From: Minisyncoccota bacterium | GTDB taxonomy: Bacteria; Patescibacteriota; Minisyncoccia; Phycocordibacterales; UBA9973 | Assembly (NCBI GenBank): GCA_041666225.1 | Contig: JBAYHJ010000001.1 | Coordinates: forward strand, 1,881-65,880 | DNA length: 64,000 nucleotides | Reading direction: 5' to 3' | Part shown: piece by piece, positions 30,716 to 40,000 of the stretch | Numbering within the stretch: position 1 is the first letter of the stretch | How the letters are laid out: each line of letters opens with the position of its first letter | The notes under the pieces: generated by a model | What the model was told of the DNA's origin: nothing | Seen by the model: the letters and a program-made list of their open reading frames with translations, nothing else | Databases searched by the model: none | Translations under genes and position numbers: made by a program

Positions 30716-30981
30716 TTTCGACCACGCCCATTTTAATCTTCCCTATGAACCCACAAATAATTTCGAGGTATTTCTTCACTCAACAGAGGGAAGTGATTCC
30801 TCGTAAATATTTGTGAACTCAATAAGAATGCGGAATTTTCTTTCGAAAATTCCGCAAACATTTTTTGTGCTTACTTTGGGTAACCATTCCCATTTCAGCA
30901 AACCCGTTATTTTGAGACAGCTTTTCACTAAGCTTCTGTTTCTGTCTCGGTCCCCTTGTAGCTCAGGGGTTATTATATTTC

Positions 30982-31344
30982 TCAAATTTTATCCCTATAT
31001 ATTATTAATATGATAGGGATTATTATAGAAAATAAATATATAAAATAGTATATAAGTTTCAACTTTTTCTTAATAAGAAGAAACCCTGCACTATACATAA
31101 TACAAATTAAATATAATAAAAATTTAATCATACCCATTTCCCCCGATAACACAACTACTGAAAAAATGATTGTGTAAATCCATGAAAAAAATAGAGCAGC
31201 CATGACTAATGCCACAACGGGGTGATTTTCATCAGAATCAAACCCTTGGTACCATTCCCCTTTTTTTACTCCTCGGAAATTTAAAAGAGAAAATAGTATA
31301 TTCAGTAATGAATATACTATTATTATTTTTAAAATTTCTTCCAT
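30982..31344 (-). CDS. hypothetical membrane protein
   Basis: 120 aa with about 4 TM segments. Confidence 0.6.
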   Translation of the reverse strand: MEEILKIIIVYSLLNILFSLLNFRGVKKGEWYQGFDSDENHPVVALVMAALFFSWIYTIIFSVVVLSGEMGMIKFLLYLICIMYSAGFLLIKKKLKLIYYFIYLFSIIIPIILIIYRDKI

Positions 31345-31350
31345 TTAGAG

Positions 31351-32241
31351 TTATAAATTAACATCATCACCCCAATACAAACACGGAGTTAAATCCCTGT
31401 CTATATTGTATTCTATACTGGAGTCAAAACCATCCCCAGTATAGACACTCTTCCATCCTGCAAAAATGGCCTTCGCCAGGGTTACAAGATAATCATATTC
31501 TTTTCGTGGAAGAGTATTTTTAGGGCAAACGTTATGCCCATCAAACAATAACCCATTTTCCAATAAAGAAAATATTTTATTGTTTACAACTGTTTGAGAC
31601 AGAACACCTGTCCCAATCCTATCTTCCAAAAACCTAACAACAGAAAAGGGAAGATCTCTCTTCCATATCCTTTCAAATCCTGTCTCTTTTTCAAAAAACA
31701 GGGTACTTTTGTCACCACTCACAAAGAGTGGTGAACCTATCGCTCCTACACTGAATTGATATTTAGAGTAGGAGCTGTTTGGAGACTCAGGATATAATCC
31801 TGGGTCTATCTGGAATTCTCTTTTATCCATACAGAGAAAAGAAGATTCCAGTAATGGAGTATACTCTACTCCGCTCCCAAAACTTGGAGCCTCATCTGGC
31901 CCCCAAATTGAAAATTTAGGGAGTGCCCTTACCCCCTCACTTTTACACACCCTTATCAGGCATGGAAATCCCCCGCTTTGAACGAGGTAAAATTCCGTTG
32001 TTTCCCACTTTTCGCAGGAAACAACAAAAGATACCACCGAGGTAATATCTTTTAAATTTTTATTGCTTCCCCATTTTGCAATGGGGATACTTGTTTTGAA
32101 ATTTTCTGGAGTGTGTTCCACCCCAGAAAAATAAAAATTTCCCTCAACTGGAAATTTTAGATTTACCAAAATTTCAGTTGATTTGCCACAGAAATCAATG
32201 CTACCATTAATTTCTGAAAAATTTAAAAAACTTCTTTCCAT
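31351..32241 (-). CDS. hypothetical protein
   Basis: 296-aa ORF preceded by a repeated leader. Confidence 0.7.
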   Translation of the reverse strand: MERSFLNFSEINGSIDFCGKSTEILVNLKFPVEGNFYFSGVEHTPENFKTSIPIAKWGSNKNLKDITSVVSFVVSCEKWETTEFYLVQSGGFPCLIRVCKSEGVRALPKFSIWGPDEAPSFGSGVEYTPLLESSFLCMDKREFQIDPGLYPESPNSSYSKYQFSVGAIGSPLFVSGDKSTLFFEKETGFERIWKRDLPFSVVRFLEDRIGTGVLSQTVVNNKIFSLLENGLLFDGHNVCPKNTLPRKEYDYLVTLAKAIFAGWKSVYTGDGFDSSIEYNIDRDLTPCLYWGDDVNL

Positions 32242-32355
32242 CTTTCTGCCCCGTTCCCAGGGACTTTTTTTAGTTAGTTAAAATTGTATTTGAATTCCCA
32301 TCTCTAATATCTAAAGTAAATATCAAAGATGAGAATTCAAATTTAACTAAAAAAA
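32236..32355 (-). repeat. repeated structured 5' leader (second copy 33832-33950)
   Basis: about 115-bp near-identical direct repeat ending at ATG GAA on the minus strand. Confidence 0.85.
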
Positions 32356-32536
32356 ACAAAAACTTCCCTATCAATCCACCAATTCTGATGAACTGAATAA
32401 GAAAGGAAACCAACAGAAGCTGGTTTCCAATTCTAATTTTAAACCCGTAACCCGAGTTAGATATTTTTTCCCTAGAGGTTACCTTTCCTCTATTTAGTCC
32501 ATTTTACGCATCAACTAGCCTTTTTGCGCCTGGTTT

Positions 32537-33553
32537 TTACGACTGTGGCTTGTCATAGGCTCCAGCGAAGCCTCGGTTGGCATCCCCATAAGGCTGATGC
32601 AAACCATTTTGGCTTGCCCACCCGTTTGGGTAGGTCGGTCGGCCCTCAACCATGAAGACCTCACCCAAGAAGTCAGCCACGACTTCCTTGGTGCCCGACA
32701 AGTTAACCTTGTCGGGGAACCGTTTATCCCCCTTTGCCATATAAGGGGTACCGGTCATTACACCGGCCTCAATCGTGAAAGGGATATTCCCCAATTCACG
32801 AATATCGGCAACCCGCTTGCCACCAAGCAGAACGGTTGCCGGAGGATTATTCAGTATATGAAGGGCTTCCTCAATGCCCTTCATAGCATCTGATTCAGAT
32901 GAAACATTTTCGCGTTTCATCAGTTCTGGCAGACGCATAACCAGAACTTCTTCGGCTGTTACACCAGGGCAAAGCCCGGCGTAAGCAGCCGAAAGGCAAT
33001 GATCGGCGGCTGCAATAACGCGGTCTTCCTGGGTTGCCTCTATCCCCAGGAAATTCAGGAGTTGTCCGAGACTCGATGCCTCGAAAAACTCACCTGCTGG
33101 CTTGCCAAAACCAGCGTCGCCAGGGTTATGGTGGTCGCATCTTGCAACCACTTTCAACCCCTGGGCAGCAGTTGGAGCGCATTCAAAAAGAATGCAGGTG
33201 GTCTTCTCATAGCGGACCTGCCCCGGATCCATTATGAACCCATCTGCTTTGTAGGCAGTCATGGGATTGCATATTACGCCACCCATGGTCGCGGTGGCGG
33301 TTTGTATTCTGTACTCGTCAGCAATCTGGCGAGCTTTTTGCTCCTCGATGTCAGGAGCACCAAAAATAATTGTGAGGTAGGATAAATCCCTACCTCCACA
33401 ATTTGGACACCGGTTACCATCCCGATGCCCATGGAATAGGTCACCCTGATGGTAACCCATTTTAATTAATTCCTCGTCAGTGACGGGAATTGACTTGGCA
33501 TAAAGCCCAGTCCAAAAACATGAAGGGCAGTACACTGCCCAATCTTTTTTCAT
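32537..33553 (-). CDS. GC-rich foreign protein with N-terminal Zn ribbon and a DHH-like motif
   Basis: CPSC...CPNC; CDHHNPG; visibly higher GC than flanks. Confidence 0.7.
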   Translation of the reverse strand: MKKDWAVYCPSCFWTGLYAKSIPVTDEELIKMGYHQGDLFHGHRDGNRCPNCGGRDLSYLTIIFGAPDIEEQKARQIADEYRIQTATATMGGVICNPMTAYKADGFIMDPGQVRYEKTTCILFECAPTAAQGLKVVARCDHHNPGDAGFGKPAGEFFEASSLGQLLNFLGIEATQEDRVIAAADHCLSAAYAGLCPGVTAEEVLVMRLPELMKRENVSSESDAMKGIEEALHILNNPPATVLLGGKRVADIRELGNIPFTIEAGVMTGTPYMAKGDKRFPDKVNLSGTKEVVADFLGEVFMVEGRPTYPNGWASQNGLHQPYGDANRGFAGAYDKPQS

Positions 33554-33959
33554 TTTTTAATTTTTTAAAAAATCCTTCGTTGTCTCGCCAACTCAGGTCA
33601 AGCGTCTCCTTTTTAAACGTCAGTGAGAATGACAAACTTCAATACTACCAAGTAATTTTGAAGATTTCTTTGGTAGATTTACTTGCCACCAATACTATTT
33701 CGTTCGCACGAAATAGTATTTGATCTCCCAAAAACGTCTCTTCAGAAGTTTTTGGAGACCAACGAGTGTCCGTACCATCCAGTATAGACACCCTCAATGG
33801 AGATTATTTCCTCCACTTTAAATTTTTTTTCTTCCATTTTCTTGCCCCGTTTCCAGGGACTTTTTTTAAGTTAAATTTAAGTTTGAATTCCCATCTCCAA
33901 TATCTAAAATAAATATCAAAGATGAGAATTCAAATTATTTAACTAAAAAATGAAAACTA

Positions 33960-34485
33960 TCTGCCACGCAAATTTAATAATTTGCGGGGCTTGTTGTACG
34001 TTCAAAAACTGGTTCATCCGAGGAATTACTTCCTAAGGGAAGAAAGACCTCGGATTCCATTCTTAATCGCACAATATTTTATTTTCAAAGAAATTGTCTA
34101 TTACCCTAGATCTGGTCTCTCTCCTCTCTAGGCTCTCATTATTAACTCTCTCTTTAATAATGAATTCCTTCGTAAAGACATTTCAGATCACAATAGTGGG
34201 TTAAGCTATTATGGTCTGTCGATCTCTTTACGAGACGGTTGTGAATGTATGTTTGATAGTCTCGGTTTGCGGCTTCAACTATTAAACTATTCACGGTGCA
34301 AACAGATATGTCTTGAAAATTGTGATAGAACACTCTCTCTTTCTACCTAACTTACAGGCTTAGGTGCCATCCCTCGACTTTCGTCTCGGTTCAGAGGTGA
34401 ACATCAATCTTCTATATCTCCTTGAAGGTACTCTCTCCTCGTGTGGTTGAGCTATTCTTTCGAAAGGCTCCTCCAACTCTCTTGT
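33960..34485 (-). ncRNA. candidate large structured RNA or long leader
   Basis: no ORF in the track; TTGACA-17-TATACT promoter; many hairpins with GAGAGAG loops. Confidence 0.55.
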
Positions 34486-34489
34486 GGAT

Positions 34490-34518
34490 AGTATAGCACT
34501 TTATTTACATAATGTCAA
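34490..34518 (-). promoter_or_regulatory. near-consensus sigma70 promoter
   Basis: TTGACA (34518-34513), 17-bp spacer, TATACT (34495-34490). Confidence 0.8.
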
Positions 34519-34659
34519 TGCTATGTGATAATGATAAATTAATATAAATAAATATATTGATAAATAAGGATATTTTAAATCTATGTATTGTCATATTTGC
34601 GTGAAAATAATGACTATGCTATACTTTAAACAGCTATTAATTAACTTTAAATAAAATAT

Positions 34660-35454
34660 ATGAACCAAAATACAGATGAAAAAATATTAATAGAAGCTGG
34701 TCTGTCAGAAGAACAATCGGCTATATATAGTGCCCTATTAGATAAGGGTCCATTAAAAGCAGGGTCTATTGCTACTTGGACAGGGTTAAAAAGAGGCCTT
34801 ATTTACAAAGTCCTTGATCAATTAGAAAATATGGGGTTAGTTTCTAAGAAAGGGGGCGATGGTACTGTAGCAGTATTTGCACCAGAACACCCATCGCAAC
34901 TTGCAGTTATAATGGAACGTAAAGAAAAGTCCTTTGCTTTAGCTAAAGAAACGGTAAATTTTTCTCTTGGTGCACTTTCTTCAAAATTTAATCTTCTTTC
35001 TGGAAAACCAAATGTGCAATTCTACGAGGGGAAAGATGGGGTAGAAAAAGTTTTAGAAGACACATTAAATGCAAAAGGTGAGGTATTAACTTATGCTGAT
35101 ATAGAAATAGTTGAAAAATATTTCAAAAAGATAAATGAACAATATGTAGCAAAAAGAGAAAAATTTAATATTAAAAAAAGGGCATTAATTATCGAGAATG
35201 ATTTTTCTAAAAAATTTTTTAATGATTTATATAATAAAGATCCAGAATATTTTTCTATTACAGATGTAAAAATGGCCAAAACTTCAATCTACGAAGTAGA
35301 GGGGGCTATCCAAATATATGAAAACAAAATAGGAATTATCACTATCTCAAATGAAAATTTGATTAGTATTATAATCGAAGACGAAAGAATAAATAAATTA
35401 TTTAAAAGTATGTTTGAGGCACTTTATTTAGTTTCTCCAAGATTCATTCCATAG
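34660..35454 (+). CDS. TrmB-family HTH transcriptional regulator
   Basis: GLSEEQSAIYSALL...LKRGLIYKVLDQLENMGLV; VQFYEGKDGV. Confidence 0.85.
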   Translation: MNQNTDEKILIEAGLSEEQSAIYSALLDKGPLKAGSIATWTGLKRGLIYKVLDQLENMGLVSKKGGDGTVAVFAPEHPSQLAVIMERKEKSFALAKETVNFSLGALSSKFNLLSGKPNVQFYEGKDGVEKVLEDTLNAKGEVLTYADIEIVEKYFKKINEQYVAKREKFNIKKRALIIENDFSKKFFNDLYNKDPEYFSITDVKMAKTSIYEVEGAIQIYENKIGIITISNENLISIIIEDERINKLFKSMFEALYLVSPRFIP

Positions 35455-38189
35455 TCTTCTTTAATTGTTTCATAGACAGCATACCATTCTCCATTATTTA
35501 TAAAACATCTAACTAAGGATTTTCCTGCTGGAATATCACTGTGTAGAGATTCAAGGTCTTTTGATTTTCTAATTTCAATATCTTCAGTATTTGTATTTCC
35601 ATACATACCTATCAATTCTTCTGTACTTTTTTGTTTAGACAAGATATCTTTATTTTTATTCTCATCCCAAATTAAATCTAACTGATTAGTATTATTAACC
35701 TTCTTAAAATTTCTTGAAATAAATCCTTTCTCAAAATATCTCATATTACTTTGATTGTTTATCAAACAAGTTGCATGTAAAATATTTTCCTTAGCTTCAC
35801 GACTAAGAGCTTCATCCATCATGGCTTCTCCTAGACCAAAGTTTTTACTAGCTTCATCTACATTTAATGCACTAGCATAGAAACTTGCATCATTTTGTTT
35901 TTCAAATCTAACAAAGGCTCTAATCTTATTATCCTTTTCAAAGGTATAAAAGAAGTTTTTCTTTTTATTATCTTCTGGAACAAAAGCAGTGGCAAAATAA
36001 TCTTTAACCTTGGTGATAAATTCTCGATCTGGGTGATCTTTATAATTACGATCGTATAATTCAAACATTTCTTCTTTTTGATCAGTTGATATAGCTCCTG
36101 CTTCTTTTTTTGAAAAAATTGAACCTTCAATACTCTCTATTGGGAGTTTCTCTCCATTTTTTATAGCTTGTTTAAATATTGCAAAAGTAGTTATAGTATC
36201 TGCATTTATACGATCTAATTGTCTCCCAATATCTTCGAAGTTTACTTCTATTTTATTATTTACATCTTCATATGCCCTAGAAAGCAATTGTTTACCTTTT
36301 GTATACAAAGTCTCTTCTATTTTTTGAATAAGCTCAGGATTTGTTTCTATTTCTTTTTTAAAATTACTTCTTGCAAATTCAGTTATTTTATTAACATTAT
36401 CAATTATTTCTCCGTATTTTGTAAAAACCTTCCTAGCTATATCTTCGGGTAATTTTTCTCCAAGTGCCAATATTTTGTCTCCGATTCCAATATCAATTCC
36501 ACTTTGCTGAATAGAAAGAAAAGTACGCATACCTGATTCTTTGTAAATTTTTACAAAATTTATAAGTTTTTCTTTCCTTAATTTTTCATTATTTTTATCT
36601 TCGTCTTTATTTATATCATTTAAGTAAAAAATAAATGATCCTTGTTCTTTAAAGGTTAAATTGTTCAAATAAACACCCGTTTCTTTAAATATTTTATCTT
36701 GTGATAATTTGTGATATTTTAAAGTAAATTCATTTAAATATTCTAGGCGTTGATTCTTTTCTTCATTTGTTTCATTTGATTTGGGTAAAAATAATGTCTC
36801 ATATACAAAATCTAGAATTTCAGCTTTTATATTTACATTTTCGTCTACAATATTTCCTAACTCAAAATATTTTATGAGTTTTTCTTCTTCGTTAAAGATA
36901 CCCATCTCTCCTTTTGGAGTCAATCTTTCAACACTATAGTTTGCATTATTATATTCACCCAAATCATACATTCTTTCTAAATATTTGACTCCTTCATTTG
37001 AAATACCTATCTTTCCAAATTCTAATCTATATAAAATAGAAGCTAAATGATTCTTGTCTTTTTTTTCTTTTCTTACAGCTTCGAGTAATTTTTTTGATGC
37101 ATAATTTGGGTCAAGTTTCGAAAGTGCCTCTGCAACATATACTCCAAAAATTGGATCACGATTTTTATTCCAGAAATCAATAAGAAAATTAATTGTTTCT
37201 TCTTTATTTTCCTTCAACTCACCCATTTTATCCAGTAAAGCATCTATGAGTTTAATAAACCCATATTCAAAAACTGGACCATCTGGACTATATGGATTTA
37301 ATGATAAGTTGTCTAAAAATTTCTTATCTTTATCTTTATAGATACTATTGGAATGTTTAGTCTTATAAACTAAAGAGTGCCCAAAATAAACATCTTGACC
37401 AAATTCATTATTTCTATCTGCTGACTTCTCATTAAGATCACCACTGTTCCAAATTTCCTGATATAACAATGAATTATGAAGATATGATAAAAATTTAATT
37501 AATAATTCTTTCTTTTTTTGTTCTCCTATTTTTTCAAAATTTTCATCAAATAAATCATCTGTATTTATATAACCATCTCCTCCTCTGATTAAATCATCAG
37601 CAATATCAAGTTTATCTAATAATTTTTTTCCAACTTTACCATACTCAAGTAAAAAACTATCACTCATATTACCATCACCCATAACTACCTCTTGTGCATG
37701 ATTCATTCTATCTGCCCTTAACCAATAATCATAACTATTACCCTCTGTCCACCCTCTTTTTTGAGGACAGTTTTTATTGTGTTTATTCCATATACCCAAT
37801 GTAGTAATTGATATTATCCCAGATTTACTTGGTGAATAACGTGGATTTTTTACAATATCTGATATTTTATCTATAACATCTTTATCAAAAGGAAATTCTG
37901 AAAGATATAAACTCGCTTTATCTGGTGAATTTAAGAGAAAATTATTAATTGCCATAGATACAATATAAATTCTCTTTTCAGTAGAAAAACTTCTCAAGAA
38001 TTCCACACTTTTTTCAGAAAAAATATCAGCCTTTATTTCTATTGGTAATTTATTATAAATATTTTTATATTTTCCACCATCCATATCTATGAAGCCATAA
38101 GCTTCGTCTAAAATTTTAGATTCTAGATCAAATTTTTCCTTATCATTATTTAGTTTATCTGTTTTTGATGGTGGTATATCAAATTTCAT
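35424..38189 (-). CDS. large hypothetical protein with C-terminal GNAT-like domain
   Basis: ALNVDEASKNFGLGEAMM acetyl-CoA-binding-like motif, YFEKGF. Confidence 0.7.
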   Translation of the reverse strand: MKFDIPPSKTDKLNNDKEKFDLESKILDEAYGFIDMDGGKYKNIYNKLPIEIKADIFSEKSVEFLRSFSTEKRIYIVSMAINNFLLNSPDKASLYLSEFPFDKDVIDKISDIVKNPRYSPSKSGIISITTLGIWNKHNKNCPQKRGWTEGNSYDYWLRADRMNHAQEVVMGDGNMSDSFLLEYGKVGKKLLDKLDIADDLIRGGDGYINTDDLFDENFEKIGEQKKKELLIKFLSYLHNSLLYQEIWNSGDLNEKSADRNNEFGQDVYFGHSLVYKTKHSNSIYKDKDKKFLDNLSLNPYSPDGPVFEYGFIKLIDALLDKMGELKENKEETINFLIDFWNKNRDPIFGVYVAEALSKLDPNYASKKLLEAVRKEKKDKNHLASILYRLEFGKIGISNEGVKYLERMYDLGEYNNANYSVERLTPKGEMGIFNEEEKLIKYFELGNIVDENVNIKAEILDFVYETLFLPKSNETNEEKNQRLEYLNEFTLKYHKLSQDKIFKETGVYLNNLTFKEQGSFIFYLNDINKDEDKNNEKLRKEKLINFVKIYKESGMRTFLSIQQSGIDIGIGDKILALGEKLPEDIARKVFTKYGEIIDNVNKITEFARSNFKKEIETNPELIQKIEETLYTKGKQLLSRAYEDVNNKIEVNFEDIGRQLDRINADTITTFAIFKQAIKNGEKLPIESIEGSIFSKKEAGAISTDQKEEMFELYDRNYKDHPDREFITKVKDYFATAFVPEDNKKKNFFYTFEKDNKIRAFVRFEKQNDASFYASALNVDEASKNFGLGEAMMDEALSREAKENILHATCLINNQSNMRYFEKGFISRNFKKVNNTNQLDLIWDENKNKDILSKQKSTEELIGMYGNTNTEDIEIRKSKDLESLHSDIPAGKSLVRCFINNGEWYAVYETIKEDYGMNLGETK

Positions 38190-38429
38190 CCCTCTATTCT
38201 ACCAAATTCTCTAAATCTAGACAAAACTGCCATTTTGGAGTATTATAAATGTATCGAAATTTAAAAGTTTTATTGAAATGTTCGCTTTCGAAATGCAGTC
38301 ACGATATGAATTTTTTATGAATTTAAACAATTTTCAGTTCTGTTCTAAATCAATCATACATGTTTTGATAAATTGCCTTAAAATAAGGGTGGTTTAATCT
38401 CTGTGTTTTAAAAGCGGCAAAAAAGTCGC

Positions 38430-39956
38430 ATGAATTTAACAATAATAATGATAGGTGCTCTTGCTCTTGCATTGGGAGTTGGAGTTGGGTATTATTTGCG
38501 CCTAATTATTTCACTTGGGAAAAAGGGTTCTATGGAACTTGAAATCAAGCAAATAATGTTGGGGGCAAAAGAAGATGCTCAAAAAGTTATTGATGAAGCA
38601 AAGAAAAAAGGAGAGGCGCATCTTAATGAAGTTAGTAAAGAGACAAAACACAAAGAGGAAGAGTGGAAACAAACAGAAAACCGTCTAATAAAAAAAGACG
38701 AAATGCTCGACAATCGTCAAGCTGAAATAGATAAAGAGGTTGAGAAAATAAAGCTAAAGATTGAAGAAGTTAAAAAAGTTAAAGAAAGAGTAGACAGTAT
38801 GGAAGAAGAGAAAGAAAAAGTACTTGAAAAAGTTGCTGGTCTTTCACGTGATGATGCAAAAGAAATTTTATTTAAAGATATTGAAACAAAATATGAAGAA
38901 GATTTAGTTGTTCGTATGCAAAAAATGGAAGGGATCAATGCTGAAAAGCTTGATCGACGAGCTAAAGACATCCTCTCAGCAAGTATCAATCGCCTAGCTG
39001 CTTCTACAGCTAGTGAAATGATGACAACTTCCGTTAATATTCCAAACGATGAAATTAAAGGTAAGATTATCGGAAAAGAAGGCCGTAATATTCGTGCTTT
39101 TGAAAAAGGTTCAGGTGTTGAGTTGATTATCGACGAAACACCAGGAGCAATTGTGATATCGTCTTTTGATCCAGTGCGCCGACAAGTGGCTCGCCTTGCT
39201 CTTGAGAACTTAATCCTAGATGGCCGAATTCAACCAGCAAAAATTGAAGAAGTTGTCGCCAAAGCTCAAGAAGATATAAATAAAATAATTAAAGAAAAAG
39301 GAGACCAAGCAGTTTATGAATGTGGAATCTTTAATTTAGACCCAAGAATCAGTGCCATTGTCGGACGTCTATACTTCCGAACATCATATGGCCAAAATGT
39401 TCTACAGCACTCAATAGAGATGGCTCACATCGCAGGAATGCTTGCCGAAGAACTAGGTGCAGATGTTCAAGTCGCAAAAGCAGGTGCATTAGTACACGAT
39501 ATTGGTAAAGCCTTAGACCACGAGGTTCAAGGAACACATATAGATATTGGTATTAGAATCCTTCAAAAGTTTGGAGCAGACCCTCGTATTGTCACAGCCA
39601 TGAAGAGTCACCATGATGATACTCCTCACGAATCCATAGAAGCGGTAATCGTCCAAACAGCTGACCACATCTCAGGTGGACGCCCAGGAGCACGTAGAGA
39701 CAGTGTTGAGAACTATATTAAGCGTTTACAAGACTTGGAAGCCCTAACAAAAACGTTTGATGGAGTAGAAAAATCTTACGCCTTATCAGCCGGCCGTGAA
39801 ATAAGGATATTTGTAACCCCTGAAAAAGTTACAGACTTACAAGCAAAAGAAATGGCCCGTGATATAGCCAAAAAGATTGAACAAGAACTCACCTACCCTG
39901 GTGAAATAAGAGTCACAATGATAAGAGAAAATAGAATTATTGAATACGCAAGATAA
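38430..39956 (+). CDS. rny: ribonuclease Y
   Basis: N-terminal TM, coiled coil, KH (IIGKEGRNIR), HD (HDIGK). Confidence 0.97.
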   Translation: MNLTIIMIGALALALGVGVGYYLRLIISLGKKGSMELEIKQIMLGAKEDAQKVIDEAKKKGEAHLNEVSKETKHKEEEWKQTENRLIKKDEMLDNRQAEIDKEVEKIKLKIEEVKKVKERVDSMEEEKEKVLEKVAGLSRDDAKEILFKDIETKYEEDLVVRMQKMEGINAEKLDRRAKDILSASINRLAASTASEMMTTSVNIPNDEIKGKIIGKEGRNIRAFEKGSGVELIIDETPGAIVISSFDPVRRQVARLALENLILDGRIQPAKIEEVVAKAQEDINKIIKEKGDQAVYECGIFNLDPRISAIVGRLYFRTSYGQNVLQHSIEMAHIAGMLAEELGADVQVAKAGALVHDIGKALDHEVQGTHIDIGIRILQKFGADPRIVTAMKSHHDDTPHESIEAVIVQTADHISGGRPGARRDSVENYIKRLQDLEALTKTFDGVEKSYALSAGREIRIFVTPEKVTDLQAKEMARDIAKKIEQELTYPGEIRVTMIRENRIIEYAR

Positions 39957-40000
39957 ACCAAAATCAAAAATTCCCATAGGTCAGACCTATGGGAATTTTT

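Noticed and set aside
33960-34485. RNase P RNA, tmRNA or self-splicing intron
   Set aside because: No GAGGAAAGTCC P4 motif, no tRNA-like ends, and no interrupted host gene seen.
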